A stretch of DNA of 64,000 nucleotides, from positions 4,224,001-4,288,000 of the forward strand of contig CBDASK010000003.1 of assembly GCA_965199495.1 (NCBI GenBank), in the 5' to 3' direction. Each line of letters begins with the position of its first letter. Position 1 is the stretch's first letter. Under the pieces are notes generated by a model. That model ran no database searches. It was given only the letters and a program-made list of their open reading frames with translations, and was not told the origin of the DNA. A program made the translations under genes and the position numbers. Source of the stretch: Abditibacterium sp. (GTDB taxonomy: Bacteria > Armatimonadota > Abditibacteriia > Abditibacteriales > Abditibacteriaceae). Of this stretch, positions 8,125-17,918 are shown piece after piece.

Positions 8125-8588
8125 TGAATCTGCCTGAAAACAACAACTCAGCGTCAGAGCCACAATCCCTGATTCAAAACCCAGAAATTTTGGCTGTGAT
8201 GCTGAAAAACCAAGAGTCTGAAATTCGAGTCCGCAGCGAAGACATCAAGTTTAAAGACAAAGAGCTTGGCTTACGTGAACGAGAAATAGATAAAGCTCAC
8301 GAGTTCGCAATGAAGTCGCTTGATGTGCAGGCATCAGATAGAGTCGATGAAAGGAAGTTTCAAAGGTCTCTTACGACCAAAATATTTTTGTTTCTTGGGA
8401 TTGCCTTAAGCATGATTGTTTTGGGGTTCTGCTATGCCATTCATCTTGGTAAAGATGCAATCGTGATGGAAATTGTCAAAGCGATGATTTATCTGGGTGC
8501 TGGCGGTCTTGGTGGCTACTCTGCAAAATCCACCAAAGATAAAAAGAAAAATGATGATGAAAGCTGGGCAGAAGAAGACGAGGATTGA
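8121..8588 (+). CDS. Coiled-coil plus two-TM membrane protein (low-GC moron)
   Basis: IFLFLGIALSMIVLGFCYAI and IVMEIVKAMIYLGAGGLGGY hydrophobic segments; AT-rich coding. Confidence 0.75.
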   Translation: MMNLPENNNSASEPQSLIQNPEILAVMLKNQESEIRVRSEDIKFKDKELGLREREIDKAHEFAMKSLDVQASDRVDERKFQRSLTTKIFLFLGIALSMIVLGFCYAIHLGKDAIVMEIVKAMIYLGAGGLGGYSAKSTKDKKKNDDESWAEEDED

Positions 8589-8597
8589 ATAATGAAT

Positions 8598-8629
8598 AAA
8601 AGGGACTGGCGAATTCGCCAGTCCCTTTT
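8598..8629. terminator. Bidirectional intrinsic terminator
   Basis: Perfect palindrome AAAAGGGACTGGCGAATTCGCCAGTCCCTTTT. Confidence 0.85.
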
Positions 8630-8667
8630 TGCTTTTTCGAGAGTTTTGATTTAAAATTGAGGGCACT

Positions 8668-9471
8668 ATGCAATGCCCCTTCTGCTCTTACCAATTATCT
8701 GACTTCGAGGATGCCGCTCACTGCCCTAAATGTCATGGCAAAGGCATCCCGAAACCTACTATTGTGCCGCCACAGTCGCCACCCCATGTTCCCTATAATC
8801 CGACGATTCCCCACGCCCTAACTCCCATCAAACGCGGCCCCAACGCGTGGCTGATCTTGGCGATTGCCGGAGGCGTCTTCGCCTTCATCCTGGCGCTGCC
8901 CCTTCTGTTGGTTGGCGGATTGGTCGGAGTTGGCAGCCAAATCAAAGGGCAAATCGAGGCCGATAACAACGCCGCACTCTCCGCAAACTCGGCATTGCCC
9001 GCGCCGACCATAGCTCCAGTTGGGGCACCAGTCTTTGTCCCAACGCCGTTTTCAACTCCAACGAGTGCACTACCCAAAGCGCGGACTGTGGCACCTGCCG
9101 CCGATGAATCGTCGGGACTGCCTCAATTTGAGGCGGCGAGCGGCTGGGTTGTTTACGCGCGAAAGAGCATGGATGCCATTCGCTCGGCTCCCTCGTCGCA
9201 GATCGCATCGCTGCAGTATCTGGAATTGCTGAGTTTGGAACGCGACCTCGAAACCGAGAAGCAACGAGCCATTGCCGCGCGCCAGCCGGGTCGCGCCACA
9301 ACATTCGGTATCGTCGCCGAAGTGCCGCGCGCTCTGGCTGAAGCCGCCGATACCCGCGCCAAATTCCTGCGCGGAACCTTGGGCGAACGCGAATACCGCG
9401 CTTACATGAGCGGCTCAGACACCACGACCGACTTTGTGGCGCGTCAGGCCGATGGCCGAGCATCACGTTAG
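8668..9471 (+). CDS. Zinc-ribbon, Pro-rich, single-TM membrane protein
   Basis: CPFC...CPKC; AWLILAIAGGVFAFILALPLLLVGGLVGV. Confidence 0.75.
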   Translation: MQCPFCSYQLSDFEDAAHCPKCHGKGIPKPTIVPPQSPPHVPYNPTIPHALTPIKRGPNAWLILAIAGGVFAFILALPLLLVGGLVGVGSQIKGQIEADNNAALSANSALPAPTIAPVGAPVFVPTPFSTPTSALPKARTVAPAADESSGLPQFEAASGWVVYARKSMDAIRSAPSSQIASLQYLELLSLERDLETEKQRAIAARQPGRATTFGIVAEVPRALAEAADTRAKFLRGTLGEREYRAYMSGSDTTTDFVARQADGRASR

Positions 9472-9483
9472 AACCCAAAAAAA

Positions 9484-11325
9484 TCATCGCGCCGCCGCCT
9501 CGAACGATTTGCGACCAATGCTCTCTTCGAGCAGACCCAGCACATTGCTGCTCGACGCGCGCGCTTTTGCGGCATCTTCGACCTTGCGTAAAGCGCCCAC
9601 GATGTCCTTATTCCCCTTCTTCTGTTCCACAAGCAAATCTTTCATCGCCGCCGTGAATTCCGCTTCGCGCTGGTCTTTTGGCCCCAGCCATTGCTCGATC
9701 TCATCCAGCGCGCCACGGGCGCCACTGAACTTCGGGTCGGTAAACGCGCGCGCCTGTTTCAACCGATCTTCCATCGCGTCCGCAATTTTTCCGGCCTGTC
9801 CGCTTTTGCGAAAGGTCTCGATCTGGTCGGCAAAGTGCGTGGCCGGAAACGCCAGATAGCCCTTTTTCGCCTCGTTCATCGGGTCTTCGTAGGTGCGCGG
9901 CGCCAGCCCCATGATTTTACGCTCGGCAATGTCAACGGGGTTATACATTGCCAGGTTGTTCATCAGAGCCTTCACATACATTGCGCCAACAGCGAAGGTC
10001 TGCACGCCGCCCGTCAGCATATCGATGCCACGCCCGACGATGACGAAGAAATTCATAAAGCTGCTTTGGCCCGCCTCAAACGCGCGAAGGCCGTTCACGA
10101 TGCCGTCGCCGATAGAGTAGATGCCGTTCACGAACATCTCCGCCGCACTCAAACCCACCCGCGCGGCCCGCAAAAGCAAAAACGGAAATTCGACGTAGAG
10201 CCAGCGCGTTCCCGCCTGAATCGCGTTCGCAATTTTGCCCGAATTGGCTTCGAGATACGCCGTAGCTTTGTCCAATCCCTGTTCCATGGCCGGAAGCATC
10301 GAAGAGAGAAAACGCATCTTCACGGTCTCGGTGAACATCGAGACGCGGTTTTGCAGCAACGGGTATTCATCCGACAGGCGCCGAATCGCTTCGGGCGTGA
10401 CGCCCAGCGCGCCCTGAATGCGGCTCTGATACTTTTGCTCGCGCTCGATGATTTCGGGCCGCGTGTTTTGCAGTTGCAGCAGTTCGGGCGATGCCTGACC
10501 GCCCGACAGAGCATCGGCCATCGCGCGCCGCTGGAAGATGCTCATACTCTGCGACTTGCGAGCGAACTGGGCGGCAAACCGAGGATCAAGAGGATCGGGT
10601 AAGCCAAAGCTGCCCGCGATTTGCCGACCTATAGGGCCGCGCATAGAATCCGAACCCAGAAACGCGCTCGCGCCTTCTCCGCTCAGTCCGGCGGCGCGTA
10701 GCGACAGATAACCGCCCATCGCCTTACCTGTCGAGGCGCCGGTATTGTTGCGAATTGAGGTGATTTCGCGCGCGATGCGCGTCATCTCGCGCGTCAGACT
10801 GCTCATCACCTTCACGAACCCGAAAAGCACGCCCGAAACGAGCGCCAGCCCGCCCAGCAGAATGCCTCCGCCCAGCTTGACCGCCCCGCCGATGGCGCCG
10901 ATAACGCCACCCACCACGCGCGCAGCGACGCCCACGACAGCGACGCCCGCGCGCGCGACGCCGCCAGCCGCCATCGCGCCGACGCCGACGATGCCGCGCG
11001 AAGCGACTGCGTTGCGCAAAGCGGTGAGTGGATTGAGACTGCCAGTGGCGCCCTGACCGAACAACCGTTGGCGAATTGTCTGACGTGGCGGCGGAGGCGG
11101 TGGCGCAGGTGGAGGAAAAACGGTTTGATAATAACGAAGAAGCGAATTGAATCTCGCGCTTTCGACAGTATCGGCGGGGCGGTCGAACAACCTGCCACTG
11201 GGCAAACGAACGGTGACGATCCAGCGCCCCGACTGGTAGCGCCACGTATTATTGACGGTCTGGCGCCGCACCTCGCGCGTCGCAGCAGCGATGGCCTGGG
11301 GCGTCGGTTGCGAAGCGGGAGGCAT
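9484..11325 (-). CDS. Tape measure protein (613 aa)
   Basis: Ala/Gly-rich helical protein with a hydrophobic stretch, directly after the frameshifted chaperone pair. Confidence 0.75.
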   Translation of the reverse strand: MPPASQPTPQAIAAATREVRRQTVNNTWRYQSGRWIVTVRLPSGRLFDRPADTVESARFNSLLRYYQTVFPPPAPPPPPPRQTIRQRLFGQGATGSLNPLTALRNAVASRGIVGVGAMAAGGVARAGVAVVGVAARVVGGVIGAIGGAVKLGGGILLGGLALVSGVLFGFVKVMSSLTREMTRIAREITSIRNNTGASTGKAMGGYLSLRAAGLSGEGASAFLGSDSMRGPIGRQIAGSFGLPDPLDPRFAAQFARKSQSMSIFQRRAMADALSGGQASPELLQLQNTRPEIIEREQKYQSRIQGALGVTPEAIRRLSDEYPLLQNRVSMFTETVKMRFLSSMLPAMEQGLDKATAYLEANSGKIANAIQAGTRWLYVEFPFLLLRAARVGLSAAEMFVNGIYSIGDGIVNGLRAFEAGQSSFMNFFVIVGRGIDMLTGGVQTFAVGAMYVKALMNNLAMYNPVDIAERKIMGLAPRTYEDPMNEAKKGYLAFPATHFADQIETFRKSGQAGKIADAMEDRLKQARAFTDPKFSGARGALDEIEQWLGPKDQREAEFTAAMKDLLVEQKKGNKDIVGALRKVEDAAKARASSSNVLGLLEESIGRKSFEAAAR

Positions 11326-11571
11326 TTACGGTTTTCTCCAGATGTCAATTTGCGCTTTTTGGAGCGCGAGTTCGTAAGCGGCGCGGCTGGACGCGAAGAT
11401 CGCCATGCCCTCGCGCCAGCGCCGACTCTTGTTTTTGCCGTCAACGCTCGACTGCACGGCCTGAGCGCTCCAATAATCGCGCCACAGTTCGGCGAAAAAC
11501 GCTTCCTGTTCCGGCGTTCCGGTGGGGCCGCTCTCGCCTCTTAGAGCGCGAGCAAATCGTCGACTAAAAAA
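11326..11571 (-). CDS. Tail assembly chaperone -1 frameshift extension (gpGT-like)
   Basis: The -1 frame stays open from the slippery T TTT TTA (11571-11565) to 11326, abutting the tape measure start. Confidence 0.7.
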   Translation of the reverse strand, partial: FFSRRFARALRGESGPTGTPEQEAFFAELWRDYWSAQAVQSSVDGKNKSRRWREGMAIFASSRAAYELALQKAQIDIWRKP

Positions 11572-12131
11572 TCCGCGTCCTCGCGCCCGATGCCCGATTT
11601 CTCGATCACCCTCAGCATCACGAGCTGCTGGTCGTCGCCGTTGAGTTGGCCAAACGCTTTGACCGAAAATGGGCGCTCGTAATCCCATCCGGCGAGGGTC
11701 TTCTCGAACACCCAGCGCGCGATCATCGCGTTTTCTTGCTGAGCGTTGCGATAACCCTGCTGCAATCGCTGGCGCAGCGCCACGGCCTCGTCGTGTTTGC
11801 CTTCTGTATCAAGCTCCTGCGCGCGTGGCTCTTCCAGAGCGGGCGCGCGCATGGCGGCGACGACGGCCTTGCAACGAGTCACAAACTCGCCGTATGTCTC
11901 GTCATCCATCTCGCGCGCATAAACCACGCCGCCGGTCGTCGGCACCTCAAAGGTGTAAACATTCGCGCCCTGCTCATCACGAAAAGCGGCTCTACGCAAA
12001 CCGGCGGGGACAAACGTTTGTTCGACGAGAGTGCCATCAGCAGTGAGTTCGGCTTCGGGCACTTCGGTTGGGGCTTTCGCCACGGGGGCTTTGCGAGTTC
12101 TGGGATTGGAATTAGGTTTGGACATGATCAA
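11541..12131 (-). CDS. Tail assembly chaperone (gpG-like)
   Basis: Between tail tube and tape measure, with a slippery heptamer near the 3' end. Confidence 0.75.
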   Translation of the reverse strand: MIMSKPNSNPRTRKAPVAKAPTEVPEAELTADGTLVEQTFVPAGLRRAAFRDEQGANVYTFEVPTTGGVVYAREMDDETYGEFVTRCKAVVAAMRAPALEEPRAQELDTEGKHDEAVALRQRLQQGYRNAQQENAMIARWVFEKTLAGWDYERPFSVKAFGQLNGDDQQLVMLRVIEKSGIGREDADFLVDDLLAL

Positions 12132-13075
12132 ATCAAAGTGAGTTCGAGCGAATCGGCAGTAAAAGGCACGGAAAAATCGAGTTCGCCGTTGCTTTCAACG
12201 CCCTGCATCGTTTCGTCAGAAGGAAACGGGCCGTGAATCGTCAACTCGAAACCTTTGTTTGCTTCGACATCGCTGCATCCGACGACGATGCTCTCCCAAT
12301 CCTGCGCTAAAACAGAACCATCAAACAGCGCCTTGGCCAAGCGCGCATGAAGCGACATTTCGCCGTCAACTTTTTGCTGATGATCCATCAGTTCAAACGC
12401 AGTGATAGAAGACGGCGCGTTGTCGCCGTAAAAAGGCGTGTTACTTTTGGCCTCGACGGAATAATCTGCCTTAGCTGTAAGGTTAATCAGATAGCGGCGG
12501 TAATTTTTGACCGCGCCAGTGCTGTCGGTCAAGTTGCACTTTTTCACGTCGTGCCACATCAAAGGCGTGCCCAGCGCGCGCAATTGGGCCGGAGTGACAA
12601 CCAGAGCACCTATCTCCTGCCGCTCAATCGCCATGAAGTTGGCGGTGACGTTGAGTTCGCCGCCGCCATCGGCGCTCCCGCCAAAATTGAAATCAACCGA
12701 ACCGGGCTTGCAGTGACGGTAAACGATGGTATATTGGCCTTTGACGACGACGAAAATCGCCAGATAAGGCAACTTGCCATTGGCATCTGGGAACAACTGC
12801 GCCAGAGCAGCCACGTTGCCGGGCCGAACGGCGACCGTGATCGTCGGCTTGCGCATCCCGCGCTTATTATAGGCCGCACCCTGTTGGCCGACGGCGTAAC
12901 CCTTGGAGTTGTTGAGTCCGCGATTGTTTTGCGGAGAATCGGTATAGCCCAGCACGACTGGCGACGAAGGCACCGACGGATAGGCCGCCATCGTGCCGTC
13001 GTCGAGCAGGTCGGGCGGCGGCGCGGTTTCAATCGCGTAAAGCACAGCAACGTCGTGCGCAGGAATAAATGGCAT
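12128..13075 (-). CDS. Major tail tube protein
   Basis: 315 aa, beta-rich; canonical position. Confidence 0.7.
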   Translation of the reverse strand: MPFIPAHDVAVLYAIETAPPPDLLDDGTMAAYPSVPSSPVVLGYTDSPQNNRGLNNSKGYAVGQQGAAYNKRGMRKPTITVAVRPGNVAALAQLFPDANGKLPYLAIFVVVKGQYTIVYRHCKPGSVDFNFGGSADGGGELNVTANFMAIERQEIGALVVTPAQLRALGTPLMWHDVKKCNLTDSTGAVKNYRRYLINLTAKADYSVEAKSNTPFYGDNAPSSITAFELMDHQQKVDGEMSLHARLAKALFDGSVLAQDWESIVVGCSDVEANKGFELTIHGPFPSDETMQGVESNGELDFSVPFTADSLELTLI

Positions 13076-13080
13076 AAAAG

Positions 13081-13644
13081 TTAGTCCTCAAGTTCGTTCA
13101 TTGACGGCGATTGAATCATCCGAAAAGTGGCAACGGTGCAACTGTAGTTTTTGAAGCGGTCGCCCTTGTCAATCGAAATGCCCGTCGGCACCAGCGACTT
13201 CCAAACACTCTGATCGTTCTCGTCGGTGCATCCGCTCAGAAATGGATACAGACATTGCCGAATGACCTCAGCTTTAGCCCAACTCTGGCGCACCTGTTGA
13301 TTGCCGATGATGCGCCCGTCCACACAGAACACGCGAACCGTGACCCTGTTGCGAAACACGCCGCCAATGCCTTCGGATTCGGTCATGACCTCGAAATCCA
13401 CCAACACCGCGCCGATATGGTCATTGCTCAAATCGGCGGGCGCGATGTCGATTTCTTTGGCATTCGCTGGCGCAATCGCCCGATTGCCCGTCCAGCCTTT
13501 GCGCGTGTTTTTGTCGGCGATGGCACCGGGCAACATCTCGCGCAAACGAGCGACGAGTTCGTCTTGCGCGGCGCCGGTATCACCGTTGACGAGTTCATCG
13601 GCTTCGCGTAATTCTTCGAGGGTGGGCGTAGGTGTGCGTGGCAT
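13081..13644 (-). CDS. Putative tail terminator/completion protein
   Basis: Synteny immediately before the tail tube. Confidence 0.55.
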   Translation of the reverse strand: MPRTPTPTLEELREADELVNGDTGAAQDELVARLREMLPGAIADKNTRKGWTGNRAIAPANAKEIDIAPADLSNDHIGAVLVDFEVMTESEGIGGVFRNRVTVRVFCVDGRIIGNQQVRQSWAKAEVIRQCLYPFLSGCTDENDQSVWKSLVPTGISIDKGDRFKNYSCTVATFRMIQSPSMNELED

Positions 13645-13807
13645 CAGTCAGATTTCGCGCCCTTGCGCGGCGTTTTCTTTTCGACTTCCTCTTCGTCGTT
13701 GTCGGGTTTGGGCGGTTTGGGTTGCAGTTCGTCGGGCACTTTGACAACAGCGCCACCCAGTTCGGTGTCGAAGTCGATTTCTTGCGAGCCGACTTTACGT
13801 TTTTCAA
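13595..13807 (-). CDS. Small basic hypothetical protein
   Basis: ORF filling the gap in the neck operon; frame and start uncertain. Confidence 0.3.
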   Translation of the reverse strand: MKNVKSARKKSTSTPNWVALLSKCPTNCNPNRPNPTTTKRKSKRKRRARARNLTDATHTYAHPRRITRSR

Positions 13808-13816
13808 TAGCCATAA

Positions 13817-14110
13817 TTATTTGCTCAGGTGCTGCGAAATCGTTGGATATTCGCTGTGCGCGTCGAAGTCAACTCCGCGCCATTTGTCCAACATCTGATG
13901 GAAGGTTGGTTGAGGAAGAGAGTTGAGGAGATTGAGATACGGAGATGAGCCGTCGCCATTCATGATTTGCCTATCTATTTCGGCGTAATGGGATTCGAGG
14001 GCGATACATAGTCGCTCGTTTATATAGTCACGAACGAGGTCGCCTATTTCAACATCATCGTCAAAAATATTTATTTCGGCGCCAGAAAAAGGTAAAAGCA
14101 TTTTCGTCAT
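13817..14110 (-). CDS. Hypothetical protein (lower GC)
   Basis: ATGA-coupled ORF. Confidence 0.55.
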   Translation of the reverse strand: MTKMLLPFSGAEINIFDDDVEIGDLVRDYINERLCIALESHYAEIDRQIMNGDGSSPYLNLLNSLPQPTFHQMLDKWRGVDFDAHSEYPTISQHLSK

Positions 14111-14769
14111 GATTTGCGATTCTCCAGAGTCAAAATGCCGCGTTGCGGTAGCCGTTTTTCATCCGAACCAAACGGTGGCGTTTTATCAGAAATATCCAAA
14201 AATACGAATTGAGGATGGCGACGATAAGTAATGCGACACAGAAGCGGCGGGGCGCCGATCCATCGCACAAAAGAGCGTCCGTCGTCTTCGACTTCGAGCG
14301 TTGCCTCTCCCTCACTGACCGAAAGCAGTTCGACTGCGCGAAAATAATCCAACTCATCGCGATGCTCGCCTGATGGAATGAAAGCTTTGCGCGCCAACAC
14401 GCGCCGATCAATCAAGATCACGCGATCACCGCGCGCCAGCTCGACTTCATCGGGCAGACAGGCGATGCTGGTCTGCCCCTGCGAAATCAAACCGAACTCG
14501 GCATCGAAAACGGCGCGCTCAGTTGAACTAATCGCTACGCGCACGCTCTCGCCCAACTCGCTCTCGACATACAAATTGCCATCGCGCTCGACAGTCTCGC
14601 TATTTGGCCCCACCATCTCTTCGGGTGCGTTCGGGAAACAGGCGAAGTGCCGGATGCGCTCGCAGTGCTGACCGAACTGCTCACGATAATCCTCCGAGGT
14701 GATGCCCGCCGCTTCTGGCGTTTCTGCGTAGGGCAACGCGGCCAATTGTGCTTCGGTGAGATTCGTCAT
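14107..14769 (-). CDS. Putative head-closure/neck protein
   Basis: ATG at 14769 overlaps the upstream stop; synteny. Confidence 0.6.
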   Translation of the reverse strand: MTNLTEAQLAALPYAETPEAAGITSEDYREQFGQHCERIRHFACFPNAPEEMVGPNSETVERDGNLYVESELGESVRVAISSTERAVFDAEFGLISQGQTSIACLPDEVELARGDRVILIDRRVLARKAFIPSGEHRDELDYFRAVELLSVSEGEATLEVEDDGRSFVRWIGAPPLLCRITYRRHPQFVFLDISDKTPPFGSDEKRLPQRGILTLENRKS

Positions 14770-15425
14770 TGCGCGCTCGTCCTCGTATAAAGCTCCGCCA
14801 TCGTCTTGAAATTTTTCCCCCACTCCGACAATAAATTTTGCTGTGTGATCGTTCCAACGGTATCGAAGGCTTTGGAAAATCCGTCAATCGAAAGCGACGC
14901 GATGTTTTGCAGATTTTCGACGCTGGTGAGCGCCACCAACTTCGCCGCCGACAGGATCGTGTTGTAAACGTCGTCGGGCAATTCCGAACAAAAGCCCCAT
15001 CGCCCGCTCACCATGATCTGGCCGGGCAGGGAACTATGGGGCAGGGGCCGCACAAAGCGAATCGCTGTGTAAGGCGGCTCATAGGCCAGATCATCGGGGT
15101 CGGCACTCGCCAGCAAAAAGTAATCTTTGCCCGCGACCAATTCTCTCACGCCGTAACCGATGCTCGTTAATTCCTGAGCCGCTGCGCGCAAGTCCAAGAT
15201 GCCGTCCAAATCGGTGCGATTGAATGGACGCGCTTGAATCGGCGCGTTAGGCGGCATCAGGAACGGTTTCCAGCCGGTGCGCTTCTCCCACTCGGCGACC
15301 GCTCCCGCCGCGCCGATCTGCGCCTGAGACTGCGCCAGCATCTGGGCGTTTTCATCGCTTGGCCAGAACTTGCTCGAACGAAGCGAGACTTCGACAGAGA
15401 GCGCGGTCGGATAGGTGAGTGCCAT
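14766..15425 (-). CDS. Head-tail adaptor protein
   Basis: EKRTGWKPF...VSGRWGF...LPDDV...SLSIDGFS pattern of gp6/gp15-like adaptors. Confidence 0.7.
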   Translation of the reverse strand: MALTYPTALSVEVSLRSSKFWPSDENAQMLAQSQAQIGAAGAVAEWEKRTGWKPFLMPPNAPIQARPFNRTDLDGILDLRAAAQELTSIGYGVRELVAGKDYFLLASADPDDLAYEPPYTAIRFVRPLPHSSLPGQIMVSGRWGFCSELPDDVYNTILSAAKLVALTSVENLQNIASLSIDGFSKAFDTVGTITQQNLLSEWGKNFKTMAELYTRTSAQ

Positions 15426-15510
15426 AGCTTGCTGAGATCGCGGGTAAATTGCGAAAACCTTCAGTCTGCGATTTTTCGCAGACTGACCAGAATGCTTGAG
15501 CGGATCAGTG

Positions 15511-15541
15511 TCTAACTGAATTGGCCTTCAATTCAGTTAGA
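15511..15541. terminator. Hairpin / putative terminator
   Basis: TCTAACTGAATTG...CAATTCAGTTAGA inverted repeat after 15552-16154. Confidence 0.55.
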
Positions 15542-15551
15542 CACTGAAAGA

Positions 15552-16154
15552 TTACTCCACGGGTTCGGTCTTCCCCAAGAAGTCCCGAATCTCTTTGATG
15601 GTGGTTTCGCCGATGCCAGCGATGGCGTCGAGTTCGGTGTCGGTTTTGGTCGCCAGAATGTCGCGCGAGACGATGCCCGCGCCAAACAACTTGTCGGCCA
15701 CGCCCTTGCCCAATCCAACGGACAGAAGCTGCTGTTCGGGCGAAAGCACGGACGGTTCGTCGCCGTTTAGTAGCGGCGGAGGTGGAGGTGGAGGTGGAGG
15801 TGGCGAGCCGGGAACGTTCGGAGCGGTAGCGTCCAATCCGGTGGCGCCGAGTTCGGCGAGAGTTTTGGCGCCCGCCGAGGTGGCAATTGCGCCACGTTCT
15901 GGCACAACGCCCGCCGCGCGCAAACGCGCCAATTTCTCTTCGGGCGATTCTTCGTCGTCGGGCGATATTGGCACGGCCACGCCATCAACCGAAAGGTGAG
16001 CCATGCCGTCCACGAAGTAGGGATCGCGCGCGGCGCGGGCGCGCACGCTCTCGATGAACTTCTCGTAGCCTTCTTCGGCGTCGTCCACCGTATAGGCCAC
16101 GCCGGGCGCATCGCGGTCAACGAGTTGACCGTCCTTGGTAAGTCCTTTGATCAT
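15552..16154 (-). CDS. Head-module protein with poly-Pro linker and C-terminal helix-hairpin-helix domain
   Basis: GLGKGVADKLFGAGI...LDAIAGIGETTIKEI HhH pair. Confidence 0.75.
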   Translation of the reverse strand: MIKGLTKDGQLVDRDAPGVAYTVDDAEEGYEKFIESVRARAARDPYFVDGMAHLSVDGVAVPISPDDEESPEEKLARLRAAGVVPERGAIATSAGAKTLAELGATGLDATAPNVPGSPPPPPPPPPPLLNGDEPSVLSPEQQLLSVGLGKGVADKLFGAGIVSRDILATKTDTELDAIAGIGETTIKEIRDFLGKTEPVE

Positions 16155-16163
16155 GATGATTCC

Positions 16164-16376
16164 TTAACTGTCGTCTTCGTCATCGTCTTCTTCGTCCTCC
16201 GAGGCGAAGTGCGGGTTCTCTTTGGCCAATTTCTCGGCTCCGTTACGAATCACTTCGGTGAACTGTTCGTTGGTCGGATCGCCGGGCGAGACCTGATACA
16301 GGCTGCCCGGCGCATGCGCCTTGACTTCGTTGCCCCGAATGTCGAGGCCGTGCGGAATTTTGTCTCTTTTTGCCAT
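16164..16376 (-). CDS. Small acidic hypothetical protein
   Basis: ORF after the major capsid gene. Confidence 0.55.
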   Translation of the reverse strand: MAKRDKIPHGLDIRGNEVKAHAPGSLYQVSPGDPTNEQFTEVIRNGAEKLAKENPHFASEDEEDDDEDDS

Positions 16377-16404
16377 AGAAATGAAAGTTGTGTCGAGTAA
16401 CAGA

Positions 16405-16436
16405 TCATACCCGGTCAGAATTCTGACCGGGTATGA
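16405..16436. terminator. Perfect 32-nt palindrome after the major capsid gene
   Basis: TCATACCCGGTCAGAATTCTGACCGGGTATGA. Confidence 0.65.
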
Positions 16437-16445
16437 CACGTTAGG

Positions 16446-17855
16446 TTAGTTGGTGCCGACAAAGGCGATTTTGGAAATCGCTTGTGGCCTATAAACTGGA
16501 AACGCAAATCGCTCTTCAGCCCTGACTGTCACCAAATTTCGCACGTAATCGTCGTCGTTGGTATTGGTCATATCGACCGAGATGCCCTTGCGACGGAAAA
16601 TCTGGCACGCCAGGTTCCATGCCGCCACGACGCCAACGTTGAGGCCAACGCGCGTGGTCGGCACGAGCGGGTAGCCCCACAACGAAGTCGGGCCGTTGTT
16701 ATCGGTCGGACTGCCCAGCAGATACAACCCGCGCCCCACGCCACCGGCGGCGTCGCCGGTATTGGTGCGCAGCAAGCGCATGTTCATCCACTTGAACGCG
16801 TTGAGCACAACGCCCGTGGGCTCGAAGAACGACTCGAACTGCACGCGCGTTCCGGCGCGCAGAATCGCGTCGATGGCGCTGTCGTTGGCGATGGCCGTCG
16901 TCTCGTCCACGTCGAAGCCCTGCGTGTGCGTCAGGATGCCGGTCGTGTTGAGCACGCCGCGAATGTTGGCGCCAACGCCCGTGCCGTTGAGCAACTGGTT
17001 GTCTTCCTCGATCTCAACCATGAAGGGCAGACGCTGGTTGATGTAATCGCGCATCGCCGGAAAGTCCTCCATCAACTCCTCGGTCATCTTGGTAAAGACC
17101 GCGATTTTCTTCACCTGCGCGTCGGCTTCCAGCACGCTCCACGAAGCTTCGGGCTTGAGCGCGCCCTCGGCGGTCGCGGCGGCGGCGGGCGTGAACGCGA
17201 CTTCGCGCACGTAGCGGATCGTCGGCATCGAAGTTTCGCCCTGCGGAATCAGATCGGCGACGCGCGGAATCTGCACGCCCTGCAAAACGATGCCGGGCAC
17301 GCGGTCGTAACCGGTCAGGCCCGCCGAAGCGAAGACCGCTTTGATCTCGTTCTCGCTCATGCCGTCGAACGCCTCGCGGACTTGGCCCTGGCCACGAGTG
17401 TTCAAGAAGCCTTCTTTGAGCGACTTGAATTCGTCGAACTGCATGCCGACGCTTTTCTTTTTGTTGCCGTCGTCGCCCGGCTCCAAAAACGTTTTGACGG
17501 CTTCGTTGCCCGCGATCATTTCGCCCAGCGCGCGGCGGTGGCCCAAATCAATCTGGTTGCCCAGAGGCGAGTTGGCGGCGTCGCGCATCGAGAACGGCAC
17601 GGACGAACGGGGCGCGTTGAGCGCCTTGAGTTCTTCTTCGTTGGCGAGTTCGGCCTGCACCAAAACTTCTTCGGTCTTGACTTCCTCGTGCAGCTTGACC
17701 ATGTCCGGCTCGGCCTTTTTGATGGCTTCGAGGATGTCGTGTTTGGCGCTATCGTCGATCTGGGGATTGCGCGCTTTCTTGAAGCGCACGTCCTGCTCCT
17801 GACGGAGATCGAACAGCTTGCGCTTTTTTTCTTGGAGGGATGCGGTAATTGGCAT
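16446..17855 (-). CDS. Major capsid protein, HK97 family
   Basis: N-terminal coiled-coil delta domain; AEGALKPE, KKIA, EDNQLLNGTG, LWGYPLV, RNLVTVRAEER. Confidence 0.95.
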   Translation of the reverse strand: MPITASLQEKKRKLFDLRQEQDVRFKKARNPQIDDSAKHDILEAIKKAEPDMVKLHEEVKTEEVLVQAELANEEELKALNAPRSSVPFSMRDAANSPLGNQIDLGHRRALGEMIAGNEAVKTFLEPGDDGNKKKSVGMQFDEFKSLKEGFLNTRGQGQVREAFDGMSENEIKAVFASAGLTGYDRVPGIVLQGVQIPRVADLIPQGETSMPTIRYVREVAFTPAAAATAEGALKPEASWSVLEADAQVKKIAVFTKMTEELMEDFPAMRDYINQRLPFMVEIEEDNQLLNGTGVGANIRGVLNTTGILTHTQGFDVDETTAIANDSAIDAILRAGTRVQFESFFEPTGVVLNAFKWMNMRLLRTNTGDAAGGVGRGLYLLGSPTDNNGPTSLWGYPLVPTTRVGLNVGVVAAWNLACQIFRRKGISVDMTNTNDDDYVRNLVTVRAEERFAFPVYRPQAISKIAFVGTN

Positions 17856-17918
17856 GTGCTTGAATATTGAGTGCCACTCCTGGCACGGGTCGGATGCAGT
17901 CGCGTTGGTCGGTTGACG

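Noticed and set aside
15775..15804. GGTGGA tandem repeat
   Set aside because: Encodes a poly-proline linker; not an array
16482..17870. Long plus-strand ORFs antisense to structural genes (also 9691-10602, 53659-54771 and others)
   Set aside because: Shadow frames of GC-rich minus-strand genes that have clear motifs
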